Shown here piece by piece: positions 45,492-53,461 of a stretch of 64,000 bases of DNA; position 1 is the first letter of the stretch; every line of letters starts with the position of its first letter. This stretch comes from Pseudomonadota bacterium. Lineage in GTDB: Bacteria > Pseudomonadota > Gammaproteobacteria > Xanthomonadales > Rhodanobacteraceae. Below the pieces are notes generated by a model that was given only the letters and a program-made list of their open reading frames with translations, had not been told where the DNA came from and did no database searches. Both the position numbers and the translations under genes were made by a program. The DNA is taken from NCBI GenBank assembly GCA_023430685.1, contig JAEYZH010000024.1, positions 1,372 to 65,371 of the forward strand. Reading direction: 5' to 3'.

Positions 45492-45784
45492 CCGATCTCG
45501 CGTGCGCGAGCGCGAAGGTCCTCGATGACCAGTTCCTCGGTGACCGGCGCGCGTCGGCGTACACCGCCGATGTACATTCCGACGAGCGCATCCGGGTGCA
45601 ACGCCAGCCATTCGGTCGCGGCGATCGCGTCCGCGCTCGGCGTGTAGACGGAACCATCGTGGTCGACCATGACCATGACCGGCCGCCCATTCGCGCGGTC
45701 GCAACGCGCCACGATGCTCTGCGCGAGCGCTTCGAGGCCATCGCGAACATGACCGACGAGCGACTTGCGAACGAACCCGTTCAT
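45479..45784 (-). CDS. Hypothetical early protein (101 aa)
   Basis: The ATGA start at 45784 overlaps the upstream stop. MNGFVRKSLVGHVRDGLEALAQSIV... Confidence 0.5.
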   Translation of the reverse strand: MNGFVRKSLVGHVRDGLEALAQSIVARCDRANGRPVMVMVDHDGSVYTPSADAIAATEWLALHPDALVGMYIGGVRRRAPVTEELVIEDLRARAREIGWIA

Positions 45785-45996
45785 GCCGCCACCCGGTAGC
45801 GATTGGATGGGCGGCCGCACTTGCGAGCGCGCGATGGAGCGATGTCTCGCGCAAGCTCGCCTGATTGCCGAATGGTCTCGACGTTCAACCACACTGCGTG
45901 GCTGGTGGCGGCCAGGCATCGCGCGAGTTCATCGATGGTCATCGGACCGAGCTTCAGCGCATCGACGATGCGAACACGGAGGGGCCGTGGTTTCAC
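45781..45996 (-). CDS. Small winged-helix DNA-binding protein (71 aa)
   Basis: GGAGGAA lies 5 nt upstream of the GTG at 45996 (GTGA overlap). RIVDALKLGPMTIDELARCLAATSHAVWLNVETIRQSGEL is an HTH/wHTH pattern. Confidence 0.6.
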   Translation of the reverse strand: MKPRPLRVRIVDALKLGPMTIDELARCLAATSHAVWLNVETIRQSGELARDIAPSRARKCGRPSNRYRVAA

Positions 45997-46679
45997 GCGC
46001 GTTCCTCCATGCGGAGTTCGCTGCCTGGCGCGGTCTCTGGAGCCTGATCGGCCAGTCGCAATGCCGTCGCGATCTCGGAAAGGTTCCATTCGGCGACTTC
46101 CGGCGGCGCCGGCGTGCGCTTCGTCGGCGCGGGCGCCTCGAGTTCAACCGCAGGTTCGGGCATCGAACCGCCTCGCATGACGTGCTCGCGCGCTGCGTCG
46201 TACGCTTCCCGCAGCATGCGATCAGCGCGGTCCGCGTCGGCCATCCGGTAGCGGTGCGCGTCGACGTGCGACCACACCAGCACCACGAACGGCGATCGGC
46301 GCGCGTCGCGGCGCGCAAGTTCTACGCGCACCGTCGCCAGCGACGGGATGCCGAGGCACAGCGCGCGGAATCTGGGCGCCGACGGCGGGTAGTCGCTGCC
46401 GAGCGCCAGCGTCGCCTGCAGACCGGCCGCGAGCTGCGCGCCCGTGACGCCTGCGAGTGCTGCCGCCCACGTGTCGCCGCCGATTCCGTCCGGGCGCGCA
46501 CCGTACTGGCTTAGCCAGGTGTGGCCGAACATGCCGGCCATCCGCAGCCAGAACGCATCAAGGGTCGAGGACGGTAGCCTCGCCCTCGATGTCGACGGGT
46601 TCGGTTTTGCGGCGTTCGTCGATGGCGGCTTGGACGCGCTCGACAGCGCTGAGTTTGCCGCCTGAATTGCTGGTTGCAT
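45993..46679 (-). CDS. Replication protein, lambda P-like (helicase loader candidate)
   Basis: Co-linear by eye with lambda P: FWLRMAGMFGHTWL.., TGAQLAAGLQ.., PPSAPRFRALC.., HRYRMADADRADRMLREAYDAAREHVMRGGSMPEP. ATG at 46679 after GGAGGAA. Overlaps the O-like gene by 122 nt. Confidence 0.65.
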   Translation of the reverse strand: MQPAIQAANSALSSASKPPSTNAAKPNPSTSRARLPSSTLDAFWLRMAGMFGHTWLSQYGARPDGIGGDTWAAALAGVTGAQLAAGLQATLALGSDYPPSAPRFRALCLGIPSLATVRVELARRDARRSPFVVLVWSHVDAHRYRMADADRADRMLREAYDAAREHVMRGGSMPEPAVELEAPAPTKRTPAPPEVAEWNLSEIATALRLADQAPETAPGSELRMEERA

Positions 46680-47439
46680 GACTTCCTCCGAGCGCCGGCC
46701 GCGCGGAGTCTTGCTCCTTTGCCAGCCAGCGATTCACGAAACGCAGGATTCCTGCACGCGTCTTGCGATTGGTCGGATTGGCCACGCACCAGCCGCGCAT
46801 CGAGCGCAGCGCCTGGGAAACATCGACTGCGGGGTACAGGCCGGCGAACTCACGCGCCTGTTCCTCGGTGATGGGGTATTCACTGCCATCGTTCAGCGGC
46901 AGGCTGACGATCGGCGGCGGCGGCGTCCGAGCATCGGACGGCGCAAACGGCTTTTGCTCTTTCTCTGCTTCTGCTTCTGCTTCTGCTTCTGCTTGGGTCG
47001 GATCGCTTCGGTCTTTGTCGGACGTGTCGGACTTTGTCGGACTTTGTCGGACCGCTTTTCCCTGTCGGGCGTGGCCGCTTGGACGGTTCGCACGGTCCCA
47101 TTCCCGTTGTTGCTCGCGGCGAGTCTCTTCGTCGCGCGCATTGCGGTATGCGAGGTAATTTACGATCTGCCAGCCACCTTCTGAGGCGCGCAGGCGTCGA
47201 CCTTCGTCCTCTCGCGTGCGCGAGTACGGGTCAGGCGCCGTGAGGATCGCCAGGATCTGCTCAAGCCGTTCGATCGGCACCATGCACAGGTGCGCCATCG
47301 CTGGCACTGACGCGCGTACGTAGCCCGTCCGGTTGGCCTTGGCCAACATCGCAATCCAGACGCGCAGGACATCATGAGGCTGCATCCACAGCGTGGAGTC
47401 GACGATGCCACCGTCGAGCTTGGCAAAACTAATGCTCAT
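46558..47439 (-). CDS. Replication initiator (lambda O-like role), 293 aa
   Basis: N-terminal wHTH-like domain, a low-complexity linker (SDK/AEAEAE) that encodes the iterons, and C-terminal LPLNDGSEYPITEEQAREFAGLYPAVDVSQALRSMRGWCVANPTNRKT. The ATGA start at 47439 overlaps the upstream stop. Confidence 0.7.
   Translation of the reverse strand: MSISFAKLDGGIVDSTLWMQPHDVLRVWIAMLAKANRTGYVRASVPAMAHLCMVPIERLEQILAILTAPDPYSRTREDEGRRLRASEGGWQIVNYLAYRNARDEETRREQQREWDRANRPSGHARQGKAVRQSPTKSDTSDKDRSDPTQAEAEAEAEAEKEQKPFAPSDARTPPPPIVSLPLNDGSEYPITEEQAREFAGLYPAVDVSQALRSMRGWCVANPTNRKTRAGILRFVNRWLAKEQDSARPALGGSHATSNSGGKLSAVERVQAAIDERRKTEPVDIEGEATVLDP
46965..46994. repeat. Perfect hexamer microsatellite (CTGCTT)x5
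   Basis: Read directly: ctgctt repeated five times. It encodes the (AE)n stretch of the initiator on the minus strand. Confidence 0.95.
47016..47052. repeat. Four phased direct repeats TGTCGGAC (putative ori iterons)
   Basis: TGTCGGAC occurs at 47016, 47025, 47035 and 47045 (spacing 9/10/10 bp). Degenerate copies lie at 47063 (TGTCGGGC) and upstream (ATCGGAC 46934). Confidence 0.8.
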
Positions 47440-49058
47440 GGGTTGGCCACCAAGATCGAAACCTCGACTGACGTGCCCGGAAAGCGGAACACTTCGCCCC
47501 AACGCGTCGATAGGTTCGGCAGCAGGCGGCACTTGCGCGCCGACACCGGCAGGATGGCGACCAGTCGACCATCCGGCGCGAGCATCCCCGCCGCGTGGTC
47601 GAGGTGCGCTTGCCAGCGGCCTTCCGAGAACGGCGGGTTCATCACGATGCGGTCGTAGGTGGCGCCGCGGGGAACCTTCAGGAAGTCGGCTTTGATAGCG
47701 CTGAACCCGCGCGCGCGCAGCACTGCGGCATGGAGCGCGCTGACTTCGACGCATTCCACGTTCGCACCATCAGGGAACAGCGCGGCCAGGTTGCCGGTGC
47801 CGGCGCTCGGCTCGAGCCATCGATCGCCAGCGCCTGCCCCATCGACCGCGAGCGCGACCGCCTTCTCGGCGATGTCGGCCGGCGTCGGATAGAACTGGTG
47901 CGAGACAGCATCGGGAATGCACCCGAGGCACAGGATCTCGCTGATGACCTCGCCAGGCTCGTAGTCGAAGCGCCAGCCGTCGCCATCGGGAACGCCGCCG
48001 ATCGCGGCCAGAACTTCGTCCAGACGCTTGCGCTGGGCCTTGTCCGGCTTCGTCCCGTAGCCGAGCACCAGCTTCTGGCGATCGGTGCCGGTGCAAACGT
48101 GCTCGCCGCGGCGGTCCCTGCCCCACGACTTCTCCTGCTGCAGCTCACGCAGAAGGCCCAGCACCGCGAACGGCAGCGGCTGCTGCATCATGTTGAACTC
48201 GCGCGCCTTGCGCTTCGGCGGCTCGCGGAACTGCGATGGAATCGCGGCTGGATGCAAGCTGGCCAGCACCGCGTTGAGGCGCCAGGCCATGTCCGGGTGC
48301 ACCTCGAGGTGCGCGGTGCGTACGCCGGTGTAGACGCGCATGCGCAGCGCGCCGCCGTCGAACGTGACCCACTTGCCAGCACGTTCGGTGGCGACCCGGA
48401 TGGCGCGATCGCTGTCGCACCAGTGCGGCTCGTCGCGGCCCATGAAACGCGCGATCACGCAGCGCAGATCGTTGATCGTGCCGGCTTGGCGATGGTCCGG
48501 CGAATCGCCCCACTCGCTCAGCACGTAGGGAATGATCATGCGCTTGCCGAACCCTTCCGGCTGATTCGTGACGTGGGTCCGGCTCAGCGCCCGGAATATC
48601 CCGTCGACACGCTCGGCGAAGAACTTCGCGCGGCTCGACAGCAGGAAGTCGAAGGTCGCGGCGATGTTCTCTTTCGTGAACGGCGGCGTCTTGTGGTCGC
48701 GGATCTGTTCGTTCCACTCGTCCCGACGCGCCTGCGGCATGCAGTCGTAGACGTCGGTCAGCTTCATGGCCTTCGACCACAGATCCGCGTCGAGCGCCGC
48801 GATCGCGCTGGGCTCGTCGAGCAGTTCGGTTGCGCTGATGACGCCGCCGCGGTCGCGCCTCTTCACGTATGCGGCGTCAAGGAAGTAGTTCAGCGCGGTG
48901 CGCGCGCAATCGGTGAATCCGACGATCGCCTGGATCCGCTCGAGGACGCTTTCGCGGAACGACAGCAGGTGATCTAGCGCGCCCTCGGTGGAAGGCGCGC
49001 TAAATAGTTCAGCCACAACCAGCCTGTGGTCGCCCCCGCTGGAGTGCAAATTGGTCAC
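47436..49058 (-). CDS. Orphan N6-adenine DNA methyltransferase with a large N-terminal domain of unknown function
   Basis: The C-terminal third has FYPTP, LEPSAGTGNL (motif I) and IVMNPPF (motif IV). The ~370-aa N-terminal domain is unassigned. The GTG start at 49058 overlaps the upstream stop (GTGA). Confidence 0.8.
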   Translation of the reverse strand: MTNLHSSGGDHRLVVAELFSAPSTEGALDHLLSFRESVLERIQAIVGFTDCARTALNYFLDAAYVKRRDRGGVISATELLDEPSAIAALDADLWSKAMKLTDVYDCMPQARRDEWNEQIRDHKTPPFTKENIAATFDFLLSSRAKFFAERVDGIFRALSRTHVTNQPEGFGKRMIIPYVLSEWGDSPDHRQAGTINDLRCVIARFMGRDEPHWCDSDRAIRVATERAGKWVTFDGGALRMRVYTGVRTAHLEVHPDMAWRLNAVLASLHPAAIPSQFREPPKRKAREFNMMQQPLPFAVLGLLRELQQEKSWGRDRRGEHVCTGTDRQKLVLGYGTKPDKAQRKRLDEVLAAIGGVPDGDGWRFDYEPGEVISEILCLGCIPDAVSHQFYPTPADIAEKAVALAVDGAGAGDRWLEPSAGTGNLAALFPDGANVECVEVSALHAAVLRARGFSAIKADFLKVPRGATYDRIVMNPPFSEGRWQAHLDHAAGMLAPDGRLVAILPVSARKCRLLPNLSTRWGEVFRFPGTSVEVSILVANP

Positions 49059-49297
49059 TGCACAACCTCGAACCCTGATCGGAACACGCCGTCGGTAGTC
49101 GTGTCGGTCCACTCCACCAGCATCGAGCCGCCGGAGTACTGCCAGCGAGTCAGCACGCCCGCCGACTCGAAGGGCCCCGGGTAGGCGTGCTGCACGATCA
49201 GCACCTGCGCGGTTTCACGTGGAGCGTCGGGCGCTGCTGCGAACAGCGCAGTGAGCGCGACAGCCGCCGCGGCGCGGATTGCCAGGTCACCCAACAT
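49055..49297 (-). CDS. Small secreted/periplasmic protein (80 aa)
   Basis: Signal-like MLGDLAIRAAAAVALTALFAAAPDAP. GGAGGA lies 7 nt upstream of the ATG at 49297. Confidence 0.5.
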   Translation of the reverse strand: MLGDLAIRAAAAVALTALFAAAPDAPRETAQVLIVQHAYPGPFESAGVLTRWQYSGGSMLVEWTDTTTDGVFRSGFEVVQ

Positions 49298-49502
49298 GGT
49301 CATTCCTCCGTGTTGCTTCCTTGCCTCGAAGGTGCGCATTCGCTCGAGCGACGCGCATGCGTTGCGCAATGCTGCGCAGATAGGTTTCGCATTCCTCGCG
49401 GCATTCAGCGGGAACGCGTTCGAGCGCGGCCGGCCACTCGCGAGGTGGGATGCGCGTCTGGATCTCCAGAGCGTGGTGTAGGCAGGTGGAGACGTAGGTC
49501 AT
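49287..49502 (-). CDS. Small hypothetical protein (71 aa)
   Basis: ATG at 49502 after GAGG (7 nt upstream). Codon bias is good in the first two thirds. Overlaps the next gene by 11 nt. Confidence 0.35.
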   Translation of the reverse strand: MTYVSTCLHHALEIQTRIPPREWPAALERVPAECREECETYLRSIAQRMRVARANAHLRGKEATRRNDHVG

Positions 49503-49738
49503 GGCTGCGCCTCGCTCGATCGATGCGCGATCCGTTGCCGACGGCTGCCTGGTTGCCAATCCCCACTGCGGCCGGCTCGGTGGTAGCCTGCGCCGGCAAC
49601 TCCCCATTGACCCAAGGATTGCAATGGCCACGAAGACCCCACAGCGCCCGCCATCAGGCCCCGTTCCGACGCCACGCAACGCTCCACCTCATAGAACGGT
49701 CCCTCCGCCGCCCCCGCCGAATCCGCAGAGATAGCGAC

Positions 49739-50218
49739 ATGGCGGACTGCAGATATCCGCGCACGGAGGAGGAGGTTTGCCTCGATATCGAATACTCGAG
49801 GCGCCTCCATGAGCTGCACTGCAAACTCTTTCGCCGGCTGCGGTGGCTTGCGGTGCTGGTTTCTCTCGCTGCGGGAGCGAGCGCGGTAACCGATCTCGTC
49901 CGCATGGTCCCCGGGGGCGTCCTTCTGGCTGCGGGGATCGTCACGTTCATGACGATCGTTGACGCCATTAGCCACTGGGAGGAACGTGCGGCGCAACACA
50001 ATCTTTGGCGGCGACAGTTCGCGCGGTTGGCAGCGCAGGCCGAGGGCATGTCTTACGAAGATCTGCAACGCGCGTACAAGACGTTGGATGCCGAGGTGGA
50101 CGACGTTCTCAGAATCCTCGAAACCATCGCTTACAACGATGTGGAGCGAGCCAACGAGCTGACGCACATGGTGCGCCCGGAGTCGATCACCCAACGTGCC
50201 TTGCGACTGCTGCTGTAG
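49739..50218 (+). CDS. Opposite-strand moron: 2-TM protein with flanking helices (SLATT-like topology), 159 aa
   Basis: ATG at 49739. Two adjacent hydrophobic helices, WLAVLVSLAAGASAVTDLV and GGVLLAAGIVTFMTIVDAI, lie between amphipathic helices. Convergent with the C5-methyltransferase gene, stops 5 nt apart. Confidence 0.6.
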   Translation: MADCRYPRTEEEVCLDIEYSRRLHELHCKLFRRLRWLAVLVSLAAGASAVTDLVRMVPGGVLLAAGIVTFMTIVDAISHWEERAAQHNLWRRQFARLAAQAEGMSYEDLQRAYKTLDAEVDDVLRILETIAYNDVERANELTHMVRPESITQRALRLLL

Positions 50219-50223
50219 AACGC

Positions 50224-51990
50224 TCACGCCGCGCACCTCGCGTCCACGTGCGTGTGGTCGAGGTTCGCGCGCGCGATCGCGCACAGCGGCGGCGGGCTCA
50301 CGCTGTTGCCGACCATCTTCACGGCGCGCGTGCCGGTAATCGGGCGTCCATCGGCGGTGCGGTCGATGATGTAGTCGGCCGGGAAGCCCTGCGCGCGGTA
50401 CAGCTCGGGCGGGCGCAGCATGCGCAGGCCGATGTCGACGATCACGTAGGGCGTGCCCTTGATCGTGACCGTGACCAGGGCGAGGCGATCGCGGGTGGTC
50501 ACCGTGTCGAGCGGGTCGCGGCAGTCGAGCGGCTGGCCGTTGCCGTAGTAGTTCACGAGGAACGCGGCAACGCGCAGCGCGCCGGCCTCCGCTTCGGGAC
50601 TCAGCGTGCACTCGACGACCGCGTGGTGCTCGCCACCGGCGCTGATGGTGTGCAGCGGGTCGGCGACGTCGGCGCAATGGCTGGTGCCGCGCAGCTTCGC
50701 CATGTGGGCGGTCACCAGCTGCTGCTGGCTGCCCTTCCCCACGATCGTGCTGACCGGCTCGCGCATGTCGCGTGGTCGCGAGGGGTTGCTGTTCGGGCCG
50801 CCAGCGGCCTGCTCGAGGTAGGCCATCACGATGCCGGCGCCGTTGCCGGTCGGCACGATGGTCGGCATCGGCTCGTCGGCGGCGAGAGCGCGCGGCTCCT
50901 GCCCTTCCCGCTCGCCGTACCGCGGCACCAGCGCCGCGGCGGCGAGCGCGAAATGCCCACCCTTCACGTTGGCGCATTGCGTGCGCAGTGGCTCGTCTGC
51001 CGACCAAGTCGCGCCGCGCGACGCGTTGGCGAACTCGGTCAGGAAGAATGGCTCGGCCGCATCGATCACGTACCGCTTCACGCCGCGCGCGATGCGGCGC
51101 AGCGTCGCCTCCGCGAGGGGCTTCTTGCGGGTGAAGATCGACGGGCACTCGATCGACCAGTCGATGCAGTCGGCCGCGGTGACGTAGGGCTGCGCGCGAC
51201 CCGGGCCGTGCGTCGGCTGGGGCCAGCGGATCGCCTCGCCATCGCAGCGCGCGACCATGAACAGGCGCGTGCGGCTCGTGCCGGCGCCGTGGTCGCAGGC
51301 CTTCACCTTGCGCCACTCCACGGCGTAGCCGAGGCTGCGCAGCGCCGCGACGAAGTGCCCCCACGTGCGACCCTCGTGGCGCTTGTCGGGGATCAGGTGT
51401 TGGTTATCGACCGGAACCCTCTCGCGCGCGTCGGCGACGCGATAGATCCAGTCGCCTGGCTTTGCTTCGGGGGACGGATCAGGGATCTCGTCCAGCGTCA
51501 CAACGCGACCGGTCGCGCGGTCGCGCTTCGCGATCAGCGGCCCCCACTTCAGGATTTGCTCGACGTTCTCGAGGCTGATGATGCGCGGGCGGACGGCGCC
51601 AGCCCACTTCAGCACCACCCACGAAAGCGACCGCGTTGCGCGGCTGCGCGGCTGGCCGCCCTTCGCCTGGCTGAAGTGCGTGCAGTCCGGCGATGCATGC
51701 AGCCAGCCGACATGCCGGCTTGCGCACTCGCGCCGCGGATCGGCGTGCCACACGTCCTCGCACAGGTGCCGCGCGAACGGATGGTTCGCCGCGTGCATCC
51801 CGATCGCCCACTCGTCGTGGTTGATGCAGATGTCCGGGTCGCGGCCAAGCGCCTGGCGCAGCGCCTCGCTCGCGCCGCCGCCCCCGGCGAACAGGTCGAC
51901 GACGATCTCGCCGGCGCGCAGCGCGCTGGTCAGTGCGCGCTCGGGGAAGTTAAACCCGGATTGCGGACGGGCGCGGGAACCGTCAGCCAC
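50224..51990 (-). CDS. Orphan DNA (cytosine-5) methyltransferase (588 aa)
   Basis: Motif I VVDLFAGGGGAS, motif IV HASPDCTHFSQAKGG, motif VI SLENVEQ, then RAQGFPADY and VGNSVSPP. GTG at 51990 lies 6 nt after AGGAGG. The track 5' extension to 52689 is rejected. Confidence 0.88.
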   Translation of the reverse strand: MADGSRARPQSGFNFPERALTSALRAGEIVVDLFAGGGGASEALRQALGRDPDICINHDEWAIGMHAANHPFARHLCEDVWHADPRRECASRHVGWLHASPDCTHFSQAKGGQPRSRATRSLSWVVLKWAGAVRPRIISLENVEQILKWGPLIAKRDRATGRVVTLDEIPDPSPEAKPGDWIYRVADARERVPVDNQHLIPDKRHEGRTWGHFVAALRSLGYAVEWRKVKACDHGAGTSRTRLFMVARCDGEAIRWPQPTHGPGRAQPYVTAADCIDWSIECPSIFTRKKPLAEATLRRIARGVKRYVIDAAEPFFLTEFANASRGATWSADEPLRTQCANVKGGHFALAAAALVPRYGEREGQEPRALAADEPMPTIVPTGNGAGIVMAYLEQAAGGPNSNPSRPRDMREPVSTIVGKGSQQQLVTAHMAKLRGTSHCADVADPLHTISAGGEHHAVVECTLSPEAEAGALRVAAFLVNYYGNGQPLDCRDPLDTVTTRDRLALVTVTIKGTPYVIVDIGLRMLRPPELYRAQGFPADYIIDRTADGRPITGTRAVKMVGNSVSPPPLCAIARANLDHTHVDARCAA

Positions 51991-52168
51991 GGCGTGCCTC
52001 CTGGAATGCCACGAGGCAGTCGTCACAGAAGCGCGCGCGCGCCCCATTCGGCAGCACCGCGCACGGCTCGCCGCATTCGCAGATGGTCGGCACGGGTTTG
52101 CGCACGGCGAGTGCGCGCGCGAGATCCGCGGCGATGAAGTCGGCTGCGTTGTCGGCGATGTCAGCCAT
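51983..52168 (-). CDS. Small Cys-containing (zinc-ribbon-like) protein (61 aa)
   Basis: GGGAG lies 7 nt upstream of the ATG at 52168. Contains ICECGEPC...FCDDC. Confidence 0.5.
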   Translation of the reverse strand: MADIADNAADFIAADLARALAVRKPVPTICECGEPCAVLPNGARARFCDDCLVAFQEARRG

Positions 52169-52499
52169 CGGTCGGCTCCCACGGTTCCGCGGAGCGGCCT
52201 GTCACGGCGCACTTCCGCTTCGGCATTCGGCGCACCGCGCCGGCGGTCTCGCATTCGCTGACGCGGCGGCCGAGCATGAAGCGGCAGTAGCCAGTCAGCT
52301 CGGCCAGTTCCTGCATCGTCCGACCCGGGAATGCGCGGATGGCGGCGATGGTCTGCGCTTGCTGCTGCGCGCGCGTGCCGGACGCCGTGACGTGTTCGGC
52401 CGCCTCGTGGGACGTTTCCGGATCGGTGTTGCGCGCGGCGGGCGTTTCCACGCGAATGAGCGGGCCGCGATACGCGAAGGAAAGGTCGAGCTGGTTCAT
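52161..52499 (-). CDS. Winged-helix DNA-binding protein (112 aa)
   Basis: RNTDPETSHEAAEHV...AIRAFPGRTMQELAELTGYCRFMLGRRVSECETAGAV is a pattern common in phage early regions. The ATGA start overlaps the upstream stop. Confidence 0.6.
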   Translation of the reverse strand: MNQLDLSFAYRGPLIRVETPAARNTDPETSHEAAEHVTASGTRAQQQAQTIAAIRAFPGRTMQELAELTGYCRFMLGRRVSECETAGAVRRMPKRKCAVTGRSAEPWEPTDG

Positions 52500-52912
52500 T
52501 GCGGCGCCCGCCCGAGAAGGTCGCGGATGGTGCGGCGCTCAATTTCCCGCTCGCGCTCCATCGTCTCGACCTGCTCGCGGAGTTCGCGGTTCTCGCGTTC
52601 GACGTCGCTTTCGATCCGGCGCAGGCTGCGCGGGTCATAGCCGCGGCGCAGGAGCCATGCATATAACGGCGCTTCGCAGCCGGTGGCATCCATGAGCGCG
52701 TTGAGTGCGTCTTCGTTGAGTCGCGCCTGGCCGAGTTTTGCCTTGCTCAAGACGGCGCTGTCGGCATCGATCTCGATGGCGATCGACTTGTCCTGCATGC
52801 CGCAGTTCTCGGTGCAGTAGCGCACCGCGGCGGCCTCGCTTTTCAGCTTGCGGAAGTCGGTCTCTGGGATCGCGCGTAGCGGGCGACGAACCCTCAATGG
52901 AAGGGCAGTCAC
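52496..52912 (-). CDS. CII-like / HTH regulatory protein candidate with a C-terminal coiled coil (138 aa)
   Basis: Position right after Cro and a terminator. HTH-like MQDKSIAIEIDADSAVLSKAKLGQ. GTG start. Confidence 0.45.
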   Translation of the reverse strand: MTALPLRVRRPLRAIPETDFRKLKSEAAAVRYCTENCGMQDKSIAIEIDADSAVLSKAKLGQARLNEDALNALMDATGCEAPLYAWLLRRGYDPRSLRRIESDVERENRELREQVETMEREREIERRTIRDLLGRAPQ

Positions 52913-53054
52913 AACGGGGTTCCAGAGAATTGACTGTGGTTGAAGGTCGTCTCGCGGGCAAACTGAAACCCGATGAAGACCAGCACCGACGAAAACAAAG
53001 CGGTCAGCCCAATGTGCGAGGCTGTCACTCGCACCCTGGGCGGGCTGACCGTGC

Positions 53055-53098
53055 GGAAAAGGTGCGCCCCGCGACGCAGGGGGTACGTCGCGGGGCGC
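53055..53098 (-). terminator. Rho-independent terminator between the cro-like and cII-like genes (tR1-like position)
   Basis: On the minus strand: GCGCCCCGCGACG-taccccctg-CGTCGCGGGGCGC (13-bp stem) followed by ACCTTTTCC. Confidence 0.65.
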
Positions 53099-53149
53099 GG
53101 GTCGCGCGCAGGGGAACGCGCGATGACGGGTGGGCGGTGGCCGCGCATG

Positions 53150-53392
53150 TCAGGCCGCCCTCTTCCGGCGCACCTTCGGTGGCTTGGGCTCGCCCCAGAT
53201 GTCAGGACGGAGTTCTTCGCGCGAGACCGCGCGGCTGCTCTGCTCGTAGAGGCGCCGGACCAAGCCGCCATCGAGCTTGGGCTGGGTCGAGAGCGCCTTG
53301 CGCAGGTAGCCGATCGTGGTGCCGCAACGCTTCGCGTATGCAGCTTGGTCGTCTGGCGTCAGGGTGGACAGGTAGGCGCGCAGGGTTTCCAT
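53150..53392 (-). CDS. Cro-like HTH repressor (80 aa)
   Basis: METLRAYLSTLTPDDQAAYAKRCGTTIGYLRKALS is HTH-like. It is divergent from the CI-like gene across the operator cluster. The -10 hexamer ends 6 nt before the ATG. Confidence 0.75.
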   Translation of the reverse strand: METLRAYLSTLTPDDQAAYAKRCGTTIGYLRKALSTQPKLDGGLVRRLYEQSSRAVSREELRPDIWGEPKPPKVRRKRAA

Positions 53393-53398
53393 GCGCGG

Positions 53399-53461
53399 AT
53401 ATTACCATTCGGTAATGTTCAGTCAATACCTTTTGGTCATGTACCGTCGGGTAATTGATAC
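53399..53461. promoter_or_regulatory. Divergent promoter/operator region with three TTACC-N4-GGTAA-type operators
   Basis: ATTACCattcGGTAAT (53401-53416), AATACCttttGGTCAT (53425-53440), TGTACCgtcgGGTAAT (53440-53455). The minus-strand promoter is TTGACT (53426-53421), 16 nt, TAATAT (53404-53399). Confidence 0.8.

Noticed and set aside
46965-47052. CRISPR-like or minisatellite array
   Set aside because: The repeats are only 6 and 8 bp long, have no spacers of CRISPR size, and lie inside a coding linker. They are better explained as a microsatellite plus ori iterons. No CRISPR array is present in the window.
50005-52137. 710-aa plus-strand ORF, and the 5' extension of the C5-methyltransferase ORF up to 52689
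   Set aside because: The plus ORF is antisense to a gene with all canonical C5-MTase motifs. The 5' extension overlaps three well-supported small genes. An AGGAGG-GTG start at 51990 sits just before motif I.
52909-53028. Possible 39-aa hydrophobic peptide (GTG start) between the terminator and the cII-like gene, with its stop overlapping the cII-like GTG (GTGA)
   Set aside because: Only a weak RBS with 3-nt spacing. It is very short and sits immediately downstream of the terminator at 53055-53098. It cannot be supported without expression data.
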